A stretch of DNA of 63,157 nucleotides, the filler included, from Trichosphaerium sp. ATCC 40318 (Eukaryota > Protista > Tubulinea): NCBI GenBank assembly GCA_038496445.1. It is 3 parts of 3 records of this genome, joined end to end, with 100 filler letters (N's around TTAATTAATTAA, not from the genome) between each part and the next. Parts side by side here need not be neighbours in the genome. Positions count along the whole stretch, not along the records: positions 1 to 20,743 come from JALMLS010000630.1; 2 more parts are not named here. One strand, given 5' to 3'. Below, one piece after another: positions 1-14,019 of this stretch. A model generated the notes under the pieces. The model was not told the DNA's origin. It saw nothing but the letters and a program-made list of their open reading frames with translations, and searched no databases. The translations under genes and the position numbers were made by a program. Numbering within the stretch: position 1 is the first letter of the stretch; each line of letters begins with the position of its first letter.

Positions 1-3000
1 ACAAAAAACACTTACCTTGAATGTCTACGCTATTGCCTGAAATTGTCACAGAATTCTTTACAGTCAAACATCCATTGGATAATATTTTAGATCCTCCAGC
101 GATTGCAGCAGGTAGTGATAATGTATCAGCAACCAATCCATCACCACCCATGTCCAATGTACCTTGCATCCAACTTAAATCGCCAACTTCAAAAGAAGTT
201 CCACTTCGTTTTGTGGCGCTCTTTACTAGTTGAACAGTTGCATTGCCATTACAGGTAATCGCTGAAATCTTTGGTACTCCCTAACCACATTAGTCAAAGA
301 AGCAAATTCCTAGTTCAAATAAAGTGTACCTCTAATATACGCAAAATGCTGTTACCTTTACTTCGAAGTTAGTACACAAAAAAAAAAGTTGACAAAAAAA
401 CAATTCACCTGTTGCTACTACGCTTCCATCAATACTTGATACTCCCTCAACTGATAGAGTACCACCTGATATAACAATAGAACTATTAAGAGAAATACTG
501 GTTCCTCTTAATACAAGAATGCCTCTTTTAATCTCAATACTACCAGCAATGTCCAACGTGCCGGTTCCTATTTTTCGAAGAGAAAAATAAGAAAAAAGGT
601 TTGTTTCTTCTATCTGTCTGTCTTACCTGTTAAAATAGCTTCAGCCGTATCTTCAGGCATATCAATGATTATGTTATTGATAGACAAGGATGATCCTTCA
701 CCAACTGAAATAGTACCACCACTAGCTCCGTTATACACAAGTGTATCAGAAACAGCCAATGAGCTTCCTAATAAAACATCATTAGGCGATTTTGCCGTAC
801 TTGATTTTGAATAAGTTGGAGACGTTAATTCGCCGTAAAAAAATAGTACACAACATCTTTGGAGAGTATTCATATTTTTTATCACGTACGAAAACTTGAT
901 TCAAAAAAAAATACAGTGAAAAATCAAGTTCTTTTTAAAATCTTTACTATTGTTACGTACGTGTTATATCAACCGATCCAGACGTTACTGTCATATTATT
1001 TAATCCTGATGTTATATCTATAATAGATACAGGCGAAGAAGAATTGTTTGAACTAATCACAAGGCCCTACAACGAAGAACAGGTTAGATGACTTTTAAAA
1101 AAAAAACACTTTCTATAACGGCTTTCATTTGCCATTTTCTTTGTTCGTACATTCATGGTGATAGGGACAGAAGCCATCAAGGATCCTCCTGATAATATAA
1201 CATTCGCTGTAGAAACTTGATCTGCTGAAGTGTAAAGAAAGCTAGCTCCAGCAGATTCTACGTTCAACCTCCGCTCAATCGTATGTGCACTAAAGTCCAT
1301 GTCACCTGATTCGATAGTGAGGGTCCCGTTTCCCGTTACTTGTAAAGGTGTAACAACCTGTATCATCATTAATGTGATTATTCGTTACTGAGAGTAAGGA
1401 AGTTTAGGGTAGTATCAAACAACTCAGTAAGATGTTTTTTGAGTACAAAACAAAAACGTGATAAAATAATTTGTCATGCGCACTCTTGCTATAATCAGGT
1501 TGCCTCCTTCTTCGAGTGTATGACTATTTCCAAAATCATAATCATCAACCCTTAAAGTACCTCCATTTTTTAGAATTAAAACACCAATATTACTTGTTAG
1601 AGTAGTGGCAAAGACCTGTCATTTCTGAATTAGTAAAGTACAATGAAAAAAAGAATAAAAACAGTTGTTCTATGAGGCTTTTCTTACTGTTGATGGTCCG
1701 TAAATTGATATAATACCCGCATCCGCGTTAAACATACTGAAGCTCATTTCTTCGGCAAATATTAAGGAAATAGTGCCTAAGTAAAAGTCATAAACAAAAT
1801 AATCTTGAAGCCACAAAAAAAACAAAACTTTTACAAAACATAGGAATTTAAAAAAACGCATGGTACAGTTCTATTCGTTCGTTCTTATTTTTTTGTTCCT
1901 TGCCTAACCCCACAGAAATGCCTGTGTGTTTTATTTTGGCAAAACAAACAGTTGTTTTCATGCGGAAAAGTAAGAATTTTTAACGAATAGAACCGTATCG
2001 ATATAAATACTTTTTTACGCTTTTCTTGATTTACGCTATCTTACCTCGTCTCGTAATTAAAACTGGATTACTAGTCCACGTTACATCCCATCTCATTTCT
2101 ACTCTATCTTGTAAAGAAACATTTGTAGCTTCGTATCTTGATGTCTCAGAAAATGTAACATTACAATCTGAAAACTGCACATCACCACCTCCAAGAATTG
2201 AACCACTAATAATAACTTTTGGTATGAACGTTGAAGCTGAGGCAGGTGATCCCTAAAAGACGATTTGTTTATAAGTGATACGAGAACTTTCTAGTTTCTT
2301 GTAAACTTACATCTACCACCATCTCGTTGTTATTCATTTGAACAGTTCCTTCAAGTCGAAGAGAAGCAATACTTGAAAACCGAAGTATTCCTACAAAGAA
2401 AAAAATAAGAAAACGAGTGGTTATCACTTCAAAAGAAAGCAAATCCAAGTTCATTGTTTTGAACCAGTCAAATATGTGTATACACTTACCGTTCATTCCT
2501 ATTGAAGCAACGCCTGTGTGCACTAAATTAACAATTACAGCGTCTTCTCGATTTTGAGAATCAGAAGACGTTGCGCGGATCTCAAGGATACTGTCCTGGA
2601 CAGTAATCGCTTCAACGTTAACATTGTAGGTTTGCAATGCTGTAATACCAGTCAGGCCGTCGAAGTTGATCGAATCTTGTAAACCAGTCTGTTCATTAGC
2701 GTTGACTTCAGCAATGCTGTATAAAGTAGTTAGAAAATCTAGTTGTTTCATGCTTCACAATCCAAAAAATAACACAAAGTGTTTCACTAGTACTCTCAAC
2801 GCCAAGACGTCCAACATGACTTTTTTTGAATCAGCCTGAGTTGGTAGTACTATGCTAAACACTGAAAGCAAAAAATATCCAACACTCGCTTTGTAAAAGC
2901 AAAATAAAAGTCAAAGTAAAAAACAGTAGCGCTTCGATTTTGGTTAAATGTAAAATGAACAAAAATTATGTAAACGTACTTCAATGTTATTGTATTTTCG

Positions 3001-3866
3001 TTAAACAGCATGTCTAGAACAGGAGAATTTCCACTAGGGTCTGGTTTAAATATCACAGATAAAGGAGCCTCAAACGCGACGGATCGAACCAGTACTCGTC
3101 CGCCTACAGTAAACTCAAGAGCTGTGTTTGAACCATAGTTTGCTCTATAAAAAAAAACCTGTTGAGTTCCCCACAGAGTTTCACTTTGAAACTTACTCGA
3201 TTAACTCTAATATTTTACCCAGTGAACTTGCAGGGAATAAGAACGAAGTTTTATCAGCGTTGGAAGTTAATCTACACATATTAGACTTTTTGTTGAACCA
3301 CAATTTTATCATCGATTTCATACCTTGTCTTGAAACCGAACGATTGTGCACCTGAAAGTACAAAGTTTATATCAGCGCCATTAGGGATATTTACAGTATT
3401 CCATTCATAATGATTTCCTGCGACTAATCCAATGGCACCATTTTCCAGACCTATTTTTTTTTGGGTTTATTTCAATCCAAACATAAAGTGATTTTTTTTT
3501 TTTTTCTGACAAAAAAATACCTGTATCATTGAAAAGGAGTGTAGCTGTGGTATCTGATGTGAAAACTATATCGTCCATTATCTCAGGGAGTGTTTGATCT
3601 CCATCTACTACCCAATTCGCGACCTACGCAAGAAGAAACGGATGTTAGTGTTAAATACTTGTTTGGTTATTTTTTTGTGGTTTTTTGAAACGGAAACGTA
3701 CAGCGTCTACACTACCCTCTGATACTCCGCTATTCCACGTAAACTCTCTTGCCCGTGTGGCTTGTAATAAGCATAGAATAACTACTTTCTATTTACATCT
3801 CGCAGCGCTGATAATTTTTCTTTTTTTATAAACTGTACCTAAAGCCACTATCGAAGTACGAAACAT
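1..3866 (-). CDS. Large secreted/surface protein rich in Gly/Ser/Thr/Ile beta-strand repeats (beta-helix/adhesin-like); multi-exon, 3' end runs off the window
   Basis: ATG at 3866; spliced N-terminus MFRTSIVALVVILCLLQATRA-REFTWNSG is a signal peptide. Many minus-strand exons bounded by GT-AG carry GGTISVGEG, GNGTLTIESG and GGTLSVEG-type motifs. Confidence 0.7.
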
Positions 3867-4679
3867 CACGTGCGTATGCCTGTTGGTTTATTTTTACTCT
3901 ACTAAAAATTATGTTAAATAGCTCTTTTATTGTCTGTACCTCGTAGTGCTCTATGTATTACTTATTAATACTGGAGAAGCGCGGTGAATAGAAACAACTT
4001 GCGTGATAATAAGTGTGCACAAAACTGGTTCAAACTACTTAACGAAAAAAAAAATCGGAATCCACCGCCTGGTTGTTTATTTTGGAATAATGTAAATCAC
4101 GTGGGCTTTTTTTGTTTTTATTTTTGGAGACTTTTGGTTACTGCCAAACCGCTTTTTGGTGTCGATGCAGTAACGACTCTCAAAAAAGATCAAGCTTAAA
4201 AGGTCTTAAACAGTTCAACAGCTGTACAGCGATAATTACTCTAACTGAACTCTGTCACCAAGTCCAAGGTTAGTACTTATAAAACTGGGCAACAGAAGGG
4301 CGGTACAACGTTTTGGTTAGTCTATTTCTGTATTAAGCCTAAAGAAAACACGTGGTGTAGAACGCAATGTAGCACAGCTACGGCCACACTTTGATTCGTT
4401 CGCTTTAAAGTCACATGACATTTTGTAGTTTAGGCGATGTCAAGACTAGCCTGGGGTACTTGAAACCCATCTATCGTAATACAGGAGCTCTTGATTGTTC
4501 AGATAAATTCATTTTTTGATACTTTAAAAAAATGGCTTCACGTGTTTTAGATCTAACACTACTCAGCCGTGGCGTAAAGTTCGAAATTAATTAGTTTGAC
4601 TTATATAATTTGTTTGAAAAAATAAAAGTAGTAACTGGTATATTGAGCAGCACCAGTCGAATAATACAATTTAAACACT

Positions 4680-6364
4680 ATGAGCTACTTAGAGAATCAA
4701 ATACGCGAAACAATCGGTGGTAGCGGCGGAGGCGTTGCTATTGTTCTTGTGGGACATCCACTAGGTATGTTGTGTGTATTGGTAGCGTACTAAGCGCTTT
4801 AGATACAATCAAAGTAAGAATGCAAACTATGAAAGTAATTCAAGGTACAACGACGGAAACGTACCAACTATGCTAAAATAGCGTCGAATAGGGCAAGCAC
4901 CGCCTTACAAGAGCACCCTTGATTGTGCACTGAAAATGATGTCCCGAGAAGGCCCTTGGAGTTTGTACAAAGGGTGCGTAGATAGTTAAAACCTTTATGA
5001 AATTACCGAACACTAAAATTAGTTTCAACCCGACCGTTATGCGCTTAAAACCTTTCCTACGCTTCATTGTTGCGCTGTAGCGCTTTCTATCGCTCACGCG
5101 TTTATCTCTAAAACTTTACGTTTAATCGCCCTAAAAACTACTCCTTTCTGCTCTAAAACAAATTCCTTTGCGTGTGCAACGAAGGAAAACGAAACTGTTA
5201 TTGAGACGTCATCGCTCACTGAAATCTAGAGTTACAGCTCCGCTACTAGGTGTAACTCCTATGTACTCTCTATGCTTCTTTGGCTACGGTATCGGCAAAT
5301 CAATTTTCACAACTGAGGATAACTTTAAAAACTTGGATTTACTACCAATCGCATTAGCAGGTACGCTTGTACACTCCAAGAACGAAAATAACGCATTTGC
5401 GGCTCATACTCAGATTCTTCAGAAAAATAACGTTTTGCGTTTAACGTCGTTTAAAACGGCTCAATGTCAATATCTTGTGTTAAACGAGCGTAGGTGCTAC
5501 CTCTGGGCTATTTACAACACCTATATTGGCTCCTTTAGAGCGCGTGAAATGTATCCTTCAGACACAAACTGCAAATCTTAAACCAGGCGAAAAACCAAGA
5601 TTTAAGGGCGTTCCAGATCTTGGCATGCATCTATGGAAGACTGGAGGTACGGCTGGCGTATTTGTGTTGCCTCAAGAGGCTCATAAAGACTATTTTTCTC
5701 TGAGTGGAATTTTTTTTGTTTCATTTGTACTTTGGCAGGTGTACTTAAATTTCTTGCCAATTAGGACTCGAGTCTATCAATCGTGGATTTTCTGCAACTA
5801 TGTTACGTGATTGTGTAGCGTCCATGGCATATTTTGCTGGATATGAATGGTTCAAGAGCACTTTACAAGTAAATGGTAAGCTTGAAGAATTATTAATTCC
5901 AACGAAAGAAATATTTACAGTTGTGTAGACCAGACTTCTTGGGGACAACGTACATGGAGAACTCTTGTAGCTGGTGGTATGGCTGGTGTACTCAACTGGC
6001 TTCCAGCAATCCCTATAGACACTTTAAAGGTAAGAAAAATTTGTTTAAGAAACGCTTGCGGATCATTGCGTTTGCGTGGTGGTAACAGTTTTCTAGTCCC
6101 GCTTACAAACGGCTCCTGATGGAAAATATCCAAATGGTATCAGATCCGTGTTTATGGAGATTTACAGAGCTGAAGGTATTCTTCTTGTAGACGAAATAAT
6201 CATTTCTCATTTTTTTCGTAGGTATGAATACTTTCGCCACTTTGTACAGAGGATTTGGACCTGTAATGATCCGTGCTTTCCCAGCAAACGCTGCATGCTT
6301 CTTAGGTTACGAAACGACAAAACAAATATTAGAAATGTTCTGGGCTAGGAAACAGCTTGAGTAA
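4680..6364 (+). CDS. SLC25A20: Mitochondrial carnitine/acylcarnitine carrier (SLC25 family)
   Basis: Spliced exons give three PxD/ExxK carrier motifs ([34 protein letters not shown]) plus [14 protein letters not shown] and [14 protein letters not shown], typical of CACT. Confidence 0.9.
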
Positions 6365-6609
6365 TAAGGTCAACAGTATTTTTCAAAAAAAATCAAGTAA
6401 TTCTACAACCAAAAATAAATAACCATTATTCAGTAACCTAACGAGAAAGGACAACTCTATTGGTTTGTATGCATGCATACTGTTAAGTAACGCGTATGAG
6501 ACTTATTTTAATGGCTTTATAGGCTTATTTAAAGTTGACAAGGCGTTTTTTTGAAAATGTTTGAGTTTTCTTTTTTGATTGTTTAGCTTTAGTTGTACGT
6601 TAATTGCAC

Positions 6610-8607
6610 ATGCAAGCAGCTAAACTAGCGCGTTCTGTTACCTCTAAGAGCGCTTCGACTCATTTGCGTAAACCTCAGCAAGAAATATACGATTATCTGC
6701 AGAAAACGCCTAATCCTGAATATGACGTTGTTAAAAAGCTTGTAAAGGAAGAAACTAAGGAGTTCAAGGGGTAAGCGTATTAATCGAGCGTAAACTCACA
6801 TATCACTACATAAATGACCTCTCTTCGCGTATTTAATGCATACGGACAAATATAAAAGCGTTTGACTCATAATTTTAGGCTTCTAAGCGACTGGCCTTCA
6901 GAACATGTTTTGACGCCTTTGGAGCTCGTAAAACCAACGTACTCTCGCCATATATCGCTTTTGTTAGAGCATGGCGCCAATCCTCACAAATATCACAAAA
7001 CCAACCCTATACTGTCTGCAATGCCTCACGATGAAGCGTTAAAACCATACGTCGATAACAAAGTTGATTTAACGTTTAAAGAAGACGGTAGAAGCCTTTA
7101 CTTTGTAAGTTTTTTTTTTCTCGAAGTGAAAGTTTATTGAGTGATAGGTTGATTGTGCTTCCTCAAACTTTTCTCAGCTTGGATACGCTAGAGTACCTCT
7201 AGCTCCTGATTCTAAAGGAGATTGGCCTTGGCATGTATGTCCTGGCAGTAGCCTAACAAGACAGTTTAGGTGCAGACATTTCGATTTGTCTTCAAAATCT
7301 CATGAGAACAATACTGTTCTCGACATTGTATTCGCACAGAGCCACTTTTACTCCTCGTTTATGAAGAGTACGTTCATTCTTCGGATTATACCCAATTTTT
7401 TGTCTTATCACGTGATTTAGATTTTTTTGACATGTGGATACCATGGGAATTCACAACGAAGGATCAACCGCTTGCAACATATTTATTGAACAAAGACAAA
7501 GAATCGTTTATTGAAGCTAAAGATCAACTATCTATAGTATCAATATTTAAAATATTCAACGTAGCAAACGCATCCAAGTATTATGGTACTTGTACATCAT
7601 GGAGTCTAATGGTTGCTATGGCGTTAAGAGATAAGACAGCTATTGAGTTTATAAAACCAAATATAACACGTGATATTGTTAAAACTGTTTTACCGAAAAC
7701 AAAGCTGTCACCACTTCATGTTGCTTATATGTCAAATTCAATGGATATCATACCAATAATAGAAGACCTTTCAGATGGTTTTAATGAACCTGACTCTAAA
7801 GGAAATACACCAGATGATTACGCAAGACTTTTTACTGTTGTAAAACCTGATTGTTTTACTGTTTTGTACAAAGGAAAGATTTACGAGATGGATACCCCAG
7901 ATTTTGAGAAATGGACTGGTGTTGAGATTACTTCTTATCCACATATACCTAATGAATTTTCATTTGAAGCAGGAAAGTTTCTTTTCGAACCACCTGAGTA
8001 CGATGAAGAAGTAACAGAAAGTGGATCAGATCATCTTCCTTTTTTTAAAAGTTCTCATGTCGTTGATGCTAAGAATATACTCATTTCTTACATTAATCCT
8101 AAGTTCGAGTTTGGTGCATTTGCCATGAGAAAGCTATCAAAAGGAGATTATGTCTGTTCTTATGGAGGAAAACTTACTCACAAAGACGCTCCTTTCAGAA
8201 TTGACATGATTGAAGAAAAACAATCTTCTTATACTTTTCTTACTGGATCAGATGAGTGGTCTATTGATGGATCATATATGAGATCGCTAGGAGGGTTTAT
8301 TAACCATTCACCAAAACCTAACCTTGAAGTACGTCTTTGAGTCCACAAGCAGTTGAAGCAAATTCCTGTTTTTTTCTCACGTTTAGTATCAGCATCCCTG
8401 AACTTTTTATTTTCTTCTTACTTTTTGTTTTAGACACAGTATGTTTTTGATGGTGGGTTATGTAAGATTTACTTTACTGCAAAGAGAGATATAGAGCCAT
8501 TAGAGCAATTGTATATTGACTATGGCGAGCGTTACTGGAACAAAAACAATATGCCTTCAAAACCAAAGCTACATAAGCTATCACCACACTACCTGGAACA
8601 ATTGTAA
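6610..8607 (+). CDS. Ankyrin-like repeats + SET-domain lysine methyltransferase (no pre- or post-SET cysteines)
   Basis: Ankyrin-like LLEHGANP, SPLHVAY and DSKGNTPDDYA. SET motifs FGAFA, YGG, FINHSPKPN and, after the last intron, EQLYIDYGERYW; stop at 8605-8607. Confidence 0.8.
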
Positions 8608-8802
8608 AGTATAGCCCAGAAGCTAAGTCATTAAAAAAAATAAAAGCCTTACAACAGTAAGAGTTGACAACATACAAAATTTATGACAGTATAAATAATA
8701 AGTATTTTACTGACGTTTGAAAAGTGAGGTAGTTGTTTAAGTACGGTAGTATCGTAAACAACATCAGCAAGTAGCAGTTCTATACAAAAGGCAGATTACA
8801 AT

Positions 8803-9390
8803 TCAAAAAGGTTTTGCGTTTATTGAAGTTCCAAAAAAGTGAGTGTATTCAAGTTCTCCATTTTCAAACCATCTTTTGCCTTCACCTTGTACTCTACCTC
8901 CAACGTACATAAACTGGCACATAAGTTGTCCATTAGAGTGCCATTCCTTGAAAGCGCCTTGTCCTTTGCCTTTAACAAATCTAACCTCTTTCTTCAGCTG
9001 GCCACTCTCATACCATTCCTTATCCTCACCATGCCGTTTGTTGTAACCCACATACTTTGCCAACTTAGCTGTCCATTTTCATGCCATTCCTTAAACTCAC
9101 CATTTATTTTACCATTAATCTTAAAGTAATGACTCTTACGTCTTCCACTCTTGTACCACTCTTTATGTAACCCATTCACTACATACAAATGAGTGTGTAC
9201 CTCTCCAGTTTTATACCACTTTATCCAACCCTTTTCTTTTCAAAGTTTCATTAAAGTGAGTATTAATTGCTGCCGTCTTTGATAGAGTGTGAAATTTTGT
9301 AAATGCTTCCCTTGTGAAAGTAGAAATATACTTTTGAAGTTCACGTGGAATATCTAGTAAACCCAAAGAACCATTGTTGTGAGACCTTAA
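8803..9390 (-). pseudogene. F-box-like + MORN-variant (YwqK-like) repeat gene with two frameshifts, 5'-truncated
   Basis: GLLDIPRELQKYISTF..FTKFHTLSKTAAINTHF is nearly identical to the intact paralog at 51657-52499. xGxxKEWxxNGQL repeats are split over three frames (shifts near 9230 and 9055). Confidence 0.8.
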
Positions 9391-9418
9391 AGAAAATGTC
9401 AGTCTTAGTGGACTGCCC

Positions 9419-11601
9419 TAGCTATGCATCTTTCTACGAATTCTATTTTTTCGAATTTTTGTATTCGGAAAATTCGGAAAAAACTATGGCCCCGTCTTAA
9501 CCAAGGTACATTAAAACGAATAATTGTTCAAATAGGCTATGGATTAAATATTGTATGTAAGAAAACCACTTGTGATTATTACCGTACATGACAATAGCGT
9601 ATTCAGATCAAAAGCTAAATATTTATCCAACCTTTAGCTTTGAAAGTTGTAATAGTACGCTTTTTATCTTCTTCCAGTTGCTGTTGTAGTTTAACGCGAA
9701 TATATAGTGTAACAATTACCACACGTGCGATGAATTCAGCTTTGACAAAAAAACGTGGTTGAAGTATTTAAGGCACATGCAATGTTTCGTCAAAGCTTCC
9801 GTGGCAGCCCTCAAACCCTGGCAAGTGCCCTTCACTTAACAGCGCATGCCAGTAATGTTGTACTGAAGTCACGAGTTCGTTACTTACCCTATACAAATGG
9901 TCCATGGCCACATGTGTAGTTAATAAACCATCAGCTATTGTCTCATTTTGTCCCATTTTTTTGTACAGGAAATCAATCAAATGTTTATCAGTTCTTGCAG
10001 AAATATTCTTATTTTTCTTCCAGAAACCATCACATCTTCCAGAATTTCCCGTAATTCCCGATTTCCAGAAGTTTCCTGTAATTGGAAACCTATGCATCTC
10101 CACAAAAATGTGTGAAGTTTTCATCAAGGCGAGTATTATTTTTAAGGCAGATGGAGCAGTGGGCGTCTGGGTATTTGATTGGTTAACTATTTGGCACATA
10201 CTTGAAGTGCCTTTAGTAATGCTGCGTTTGAGTTGGCGTTCATTGAGTGGAGGGTGTTGGTACGTACTCTTAGGAGGCAGCTGCATATGTTGTTGTATAT
10301 TTGGACAGCAAAGGTACCACGTTGAACTTTTTGTTGAAGCAGTAGTGAGAAACACTGTGCATTGTTCGTATCAAAGGGAATGACTAGTCGAGAGGCAAAG
10401 TACAAGCTTTTCCAAGAGTAAAAACTTCCAAATAATCTTTGCGTGTGACTTTAAGTGTTACAAACATGTGTTGGAAACGTGACACCTACATTGAGCAAAC
10501 TAGAACAAATTAAAAACATTCAAACGTTTTCCTCAGTTTTACAGCGTTATCTCTTTAAGCCCTATGGGCCAAAACTGGCCGATATTTTAATTTTAAGTTT
10601 TTCTCCCTCCTAGGAGAACATATTTTTCAAAGCCTTACAGGAGCGAATGCTAACCAATGTATTACATCATTTCACCCATTAGTGATAGTACCAGTAACAT
10701 TAGTAAAGTGTTTTGGCTGATGCTTTTATTGTTTTGAAAAGTACTTATAGTCGGTATATCTCATCAACCCTGACTCACAATAAAAACCAGAACCGTCTCA
10801 GACATCCCAGAGATACATACACTCGCCACCCTTGTTTTTTGTGTTTTTTTGTGTTTATGCTGTGAACAAAATATTTTGTCTTGTTTGTCCATTTATTCAT
10901 TTCCAGCGAAAATATGTACCCAAGAAAACTACGTTCTTGATAGGTATATAATCAATAGCATTTGTTATACGCTTTCTGTGTATCTGACATATCGTGACCC
11001 TTCATATGAATTATGAGAAAGTTGGCAACAAAAAAATCTTCAAAACATTACAGCCAGAATACAACACCATTACTATTTCTCATGTAGTTTATATATGTAC
11101 ATCAAGTTTGTATACTATTTTGAGCCTCTATTGTGTGAATTACAGCTTCAGAAATATTAATACATTCTGTTGTTGCTAAAAAAAAATGGATTTAATGACA
11201 TTTTTTGTTGACTGGTTTTTTCCTCCCAAAATGATCAAACGAAGTCATAAGTTTCAGAAAAGCGTACAAATATGTTTTATTATCATGTGTAACAATTATA
11301 GAGCAATTAATTATATTGGTATGTACATAGTACAATGGGAATTAATGGACCATTTTTGGTCCATAGCCCAGGAGTTAAAGAGATAGGGCTTTCAACCACT
11401 CTATGTATAGAAATATGCATTTTAAAACGTATGAGAGTGGTTTGGATGAACAAAAAGCACTTGGTGATTAAAAAAAAAGCCAACAACTTTCAGTTTCACA
11501 GTCGCTCTTCTCTGAAAACCGAATCGGAATATATTCGACTATTTCCAACTTTTTACGTTCTGGCGATAGATTCGGTATTCTATTCGTTTGGAACATCGCT
11601 A
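9419..11601. mobile_element. Degenerate hAT-like DNA transposon relic
   Basis: Ends TAGCTATG / CATCGCTA (7/8 inverted match) with ATTCG-rich subterminal repeats at both ends. Minus-strand 9620-9870 reads HYW..LP..LHVP*..RFF..I..R.KL..LE, resembling the hAT dimerisation domain. Flanks GACTGCCC and GACTAAAA match only 4/8. Confidence 0.4.
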
Positions 11602-13129
11602 GACTAAAACAATTTGTCGCTGATATCTTTCAATCTTTGAAATTATATGCTACTTGGGTTTTTTAATGACATGTTGTTTCTTAGGCCACACCCACGGTGT
11701 TTGCGGATTTCTGGGCGTCACATAGGGTGTCAAAGAAGAAATTATCAGAGGTAATAATGTATTTATTTACGTAAAACACATATCAGCAAGTACTTTAGAA
11801 CTTAATGTTCCTACAAATGCCAGATGCACTCTGTGAGAACATGTCATTGAATTCTGTACGTAAACCTTATCTGAAATGGTAGCAATTTCCAAGCGTGTTT
11901 GCAGTACACTAACAAATGGCTTAAACAGGTTCAAATAACTTAACATAACATAATCTAAATACCTAATGCGAATCACACTAAAAAAATTGGGCTACGTTGC
12001 GTTAATTCTTTTTATAATATTTGTTTGCAGTCGTGTTACTGGGTACTACAGTTTGTTTTACACGCAACTTACTAATACTAGCATGTCATTACGAGAAACT
12101 GCGATGACACTCAGCGCTATTTGGGGTTTTTTAACGCACGTGATGGCTGAATAATCCAGGACAACAGCAAATCATTTCCGATTGTGTAATTCAGATGGAC
12201 AAACGGTCTAAAACAAAGGACACTCCCCAAACTGTCATATAACCACTTCATGTACATAAGTTAGTAAAAGACCTTTTTTGTTGTAAAAATGCTTTACCCA
12301 GTTAATAGTTATGTATTCTGCATCCTTGGCCGTTTTAAAGTTGAGGTAACGAACGGCGACTTTTTGTTTAGTAAATGTTGCTCCAATAACAAAATAAACG
12401 TGGTTTCAGCTTCCTCTACGCAGAGCGTTTAATTACCATGTGTGTAAGCTTGTCTTATGTGACAGAACTAAATGCTCGGCTAGGCATGTTCATATCTGAT
12501 AAAAGCCTCCACAAGGTTAAGGAGTGCTGATAAACATAAAACGCATTCTAATGAACGTAGCTGTAGTTGTTTTTTTCTTTTTTTATCACGTGACAAGAGC
12601 ATGTACAAAGTGCTTGAGGTAAAGTTGTAGTAGTATTCGACCAAAATAAATCACTATTGTCAATTGGTTTCTCTGCTTTTTTCAACTTTTATCACTAATG
12701 TACATAAGCTTTAGGCTATAGCTAACTTTTTAGATGAACACTCGCGTTCAACTAGTCGCATCATATAATTCGCACAATTTAAAACAACAGTCTGTCTAAA
12801 TTGTTTATTGTGCAATTTTACTGCACTAGTAACCATCAGCAAATCTTCCTGGATGTGAAATTAAGAAGGCTAACAAAAGCTTCCTTTTAGGAGAAAACTG
12901 TATTAGGCGAGGAGAGTGTGCTAGGCGGCTGGAGAGTTACTATTTAGAACAAAAATTAAAAATCTGAAATAAGACCTTCTAAAACGTGCTACTAAAAACA
13001 CGAGGTATTTGCGTTTAAACCAGTGCAAAACGCTGGCAGGCTCTTTTCTAAATTTACGCCAGCGCAATATCTATCAACCTAGCCCACAATTTTTAAAATT
13101 CAAATGTCCAGTTTCCCGAGAAAGTGTCC

Positions 13130-13377
13130 GAAAAAACGTTACAGCAAGAAATTATGTGGATGGTGAATATGAAGGGGAGTACAGGTGTTGGTATAACAAC
13201 GGACAATTGAAACAGCAAAGAAATTATGTGGATGGTAAACTTGAAGGAGAGTACAGGTGTTGGTATGCCAATGGACAATTGAAACAGCATAGCAACTATG
13301 TTAATGATAAACTTGCAGGAGATTCCAAGTGTTGGTATTCTAATGGGCGATTGAAGACACTATCAAGTTTTGTTTGA
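13130..13377 (+). pseudogene. MORN-variant repeat gene fragment (about 3 repeats, no N-terminus)
   Basis: Tandem 72-bp units encoding NYVDGxxEGEYRCWYxNGQLKQ. Confidence 0.75.
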
Positions 13378-13641
13378 TGGTATTGGTAAACTTGAATAAA
13401 CCTTTAATAAACCAGCATTTCTAGTACCAACCCAAAAAGTGAATGGCAGCAAGTGAAGCAGGTTTATTTGGAGAGCGAACAAATAGTATTTTAACTGAAT
13501 CTTCAGCGAGTATATGTTGTGGCTTAACTTGTCATAACATTACCGTATGGTAGCTCACTGCTGAATAAGAGTTATAAAAAAGGGTAATGGAGTTGAACTT
13601 GAAGTAAAAGTTGTATTGATACTTACAATGATTAATAGGAG

Positions 13642-13851
13642 ATGAGCTCTTCAAAATCGCAGTCTTGTTACTTGTTAAACCTTCCAGTAGAGCTTCAGCT
13701 TGATATCATTGACTTGGCCATTAACGTGTACATAAAATGGCCAATTTTTTGTAAACAGTCAGCAATGAGCACAAGGTTTGATGACAAGCTTGATAAACAC
13801 GGAAAGTGGATCCGGATACTTCATCAAGCTGAAGAGAAATTCACTAAAAAG
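13642..13851 (+). pseudogene. Orphan F-box-like first exon of the F-box/MORN family
   Basis: LLNLPVELQLDII...SAMSTRFDDKLDKHGKW aligns with the paralog LLDIPCELQTYI...AAINTHFDDSLKKKGMW. Donor at 13852, but no repeat exon follows. Confidence 0.6.
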
Positions 13852-14019
13852 GTAATTCCAAACCTAACCCTATTTTTTTTTTTATCTACACACTCAATCA
13901 ACAATTGTCGGCAATGTTGAAAAAAAAGGCGTGTGTTCACACTCTGTTGGTGCAGTTTTTGGAACCCTTTTTAAAAAACAGTAATTTATCACATTCTTAA
14001 TTGTTTTGATTTTTATTCA

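Noticed and set aside
4438-4470. TCAAGACTAGCCTGGG resembling Alu/SRP RNA
   Set aside because: Short match only; no SRP helix 8 or Alu-domain structure found.
13140-13350. 72-bp tandem units as a CRISPR-like array or DGR template
   Set aside because: Units are in-frame MORN protein repeats without unique spacers, adenine-specific variation or an intact RT.
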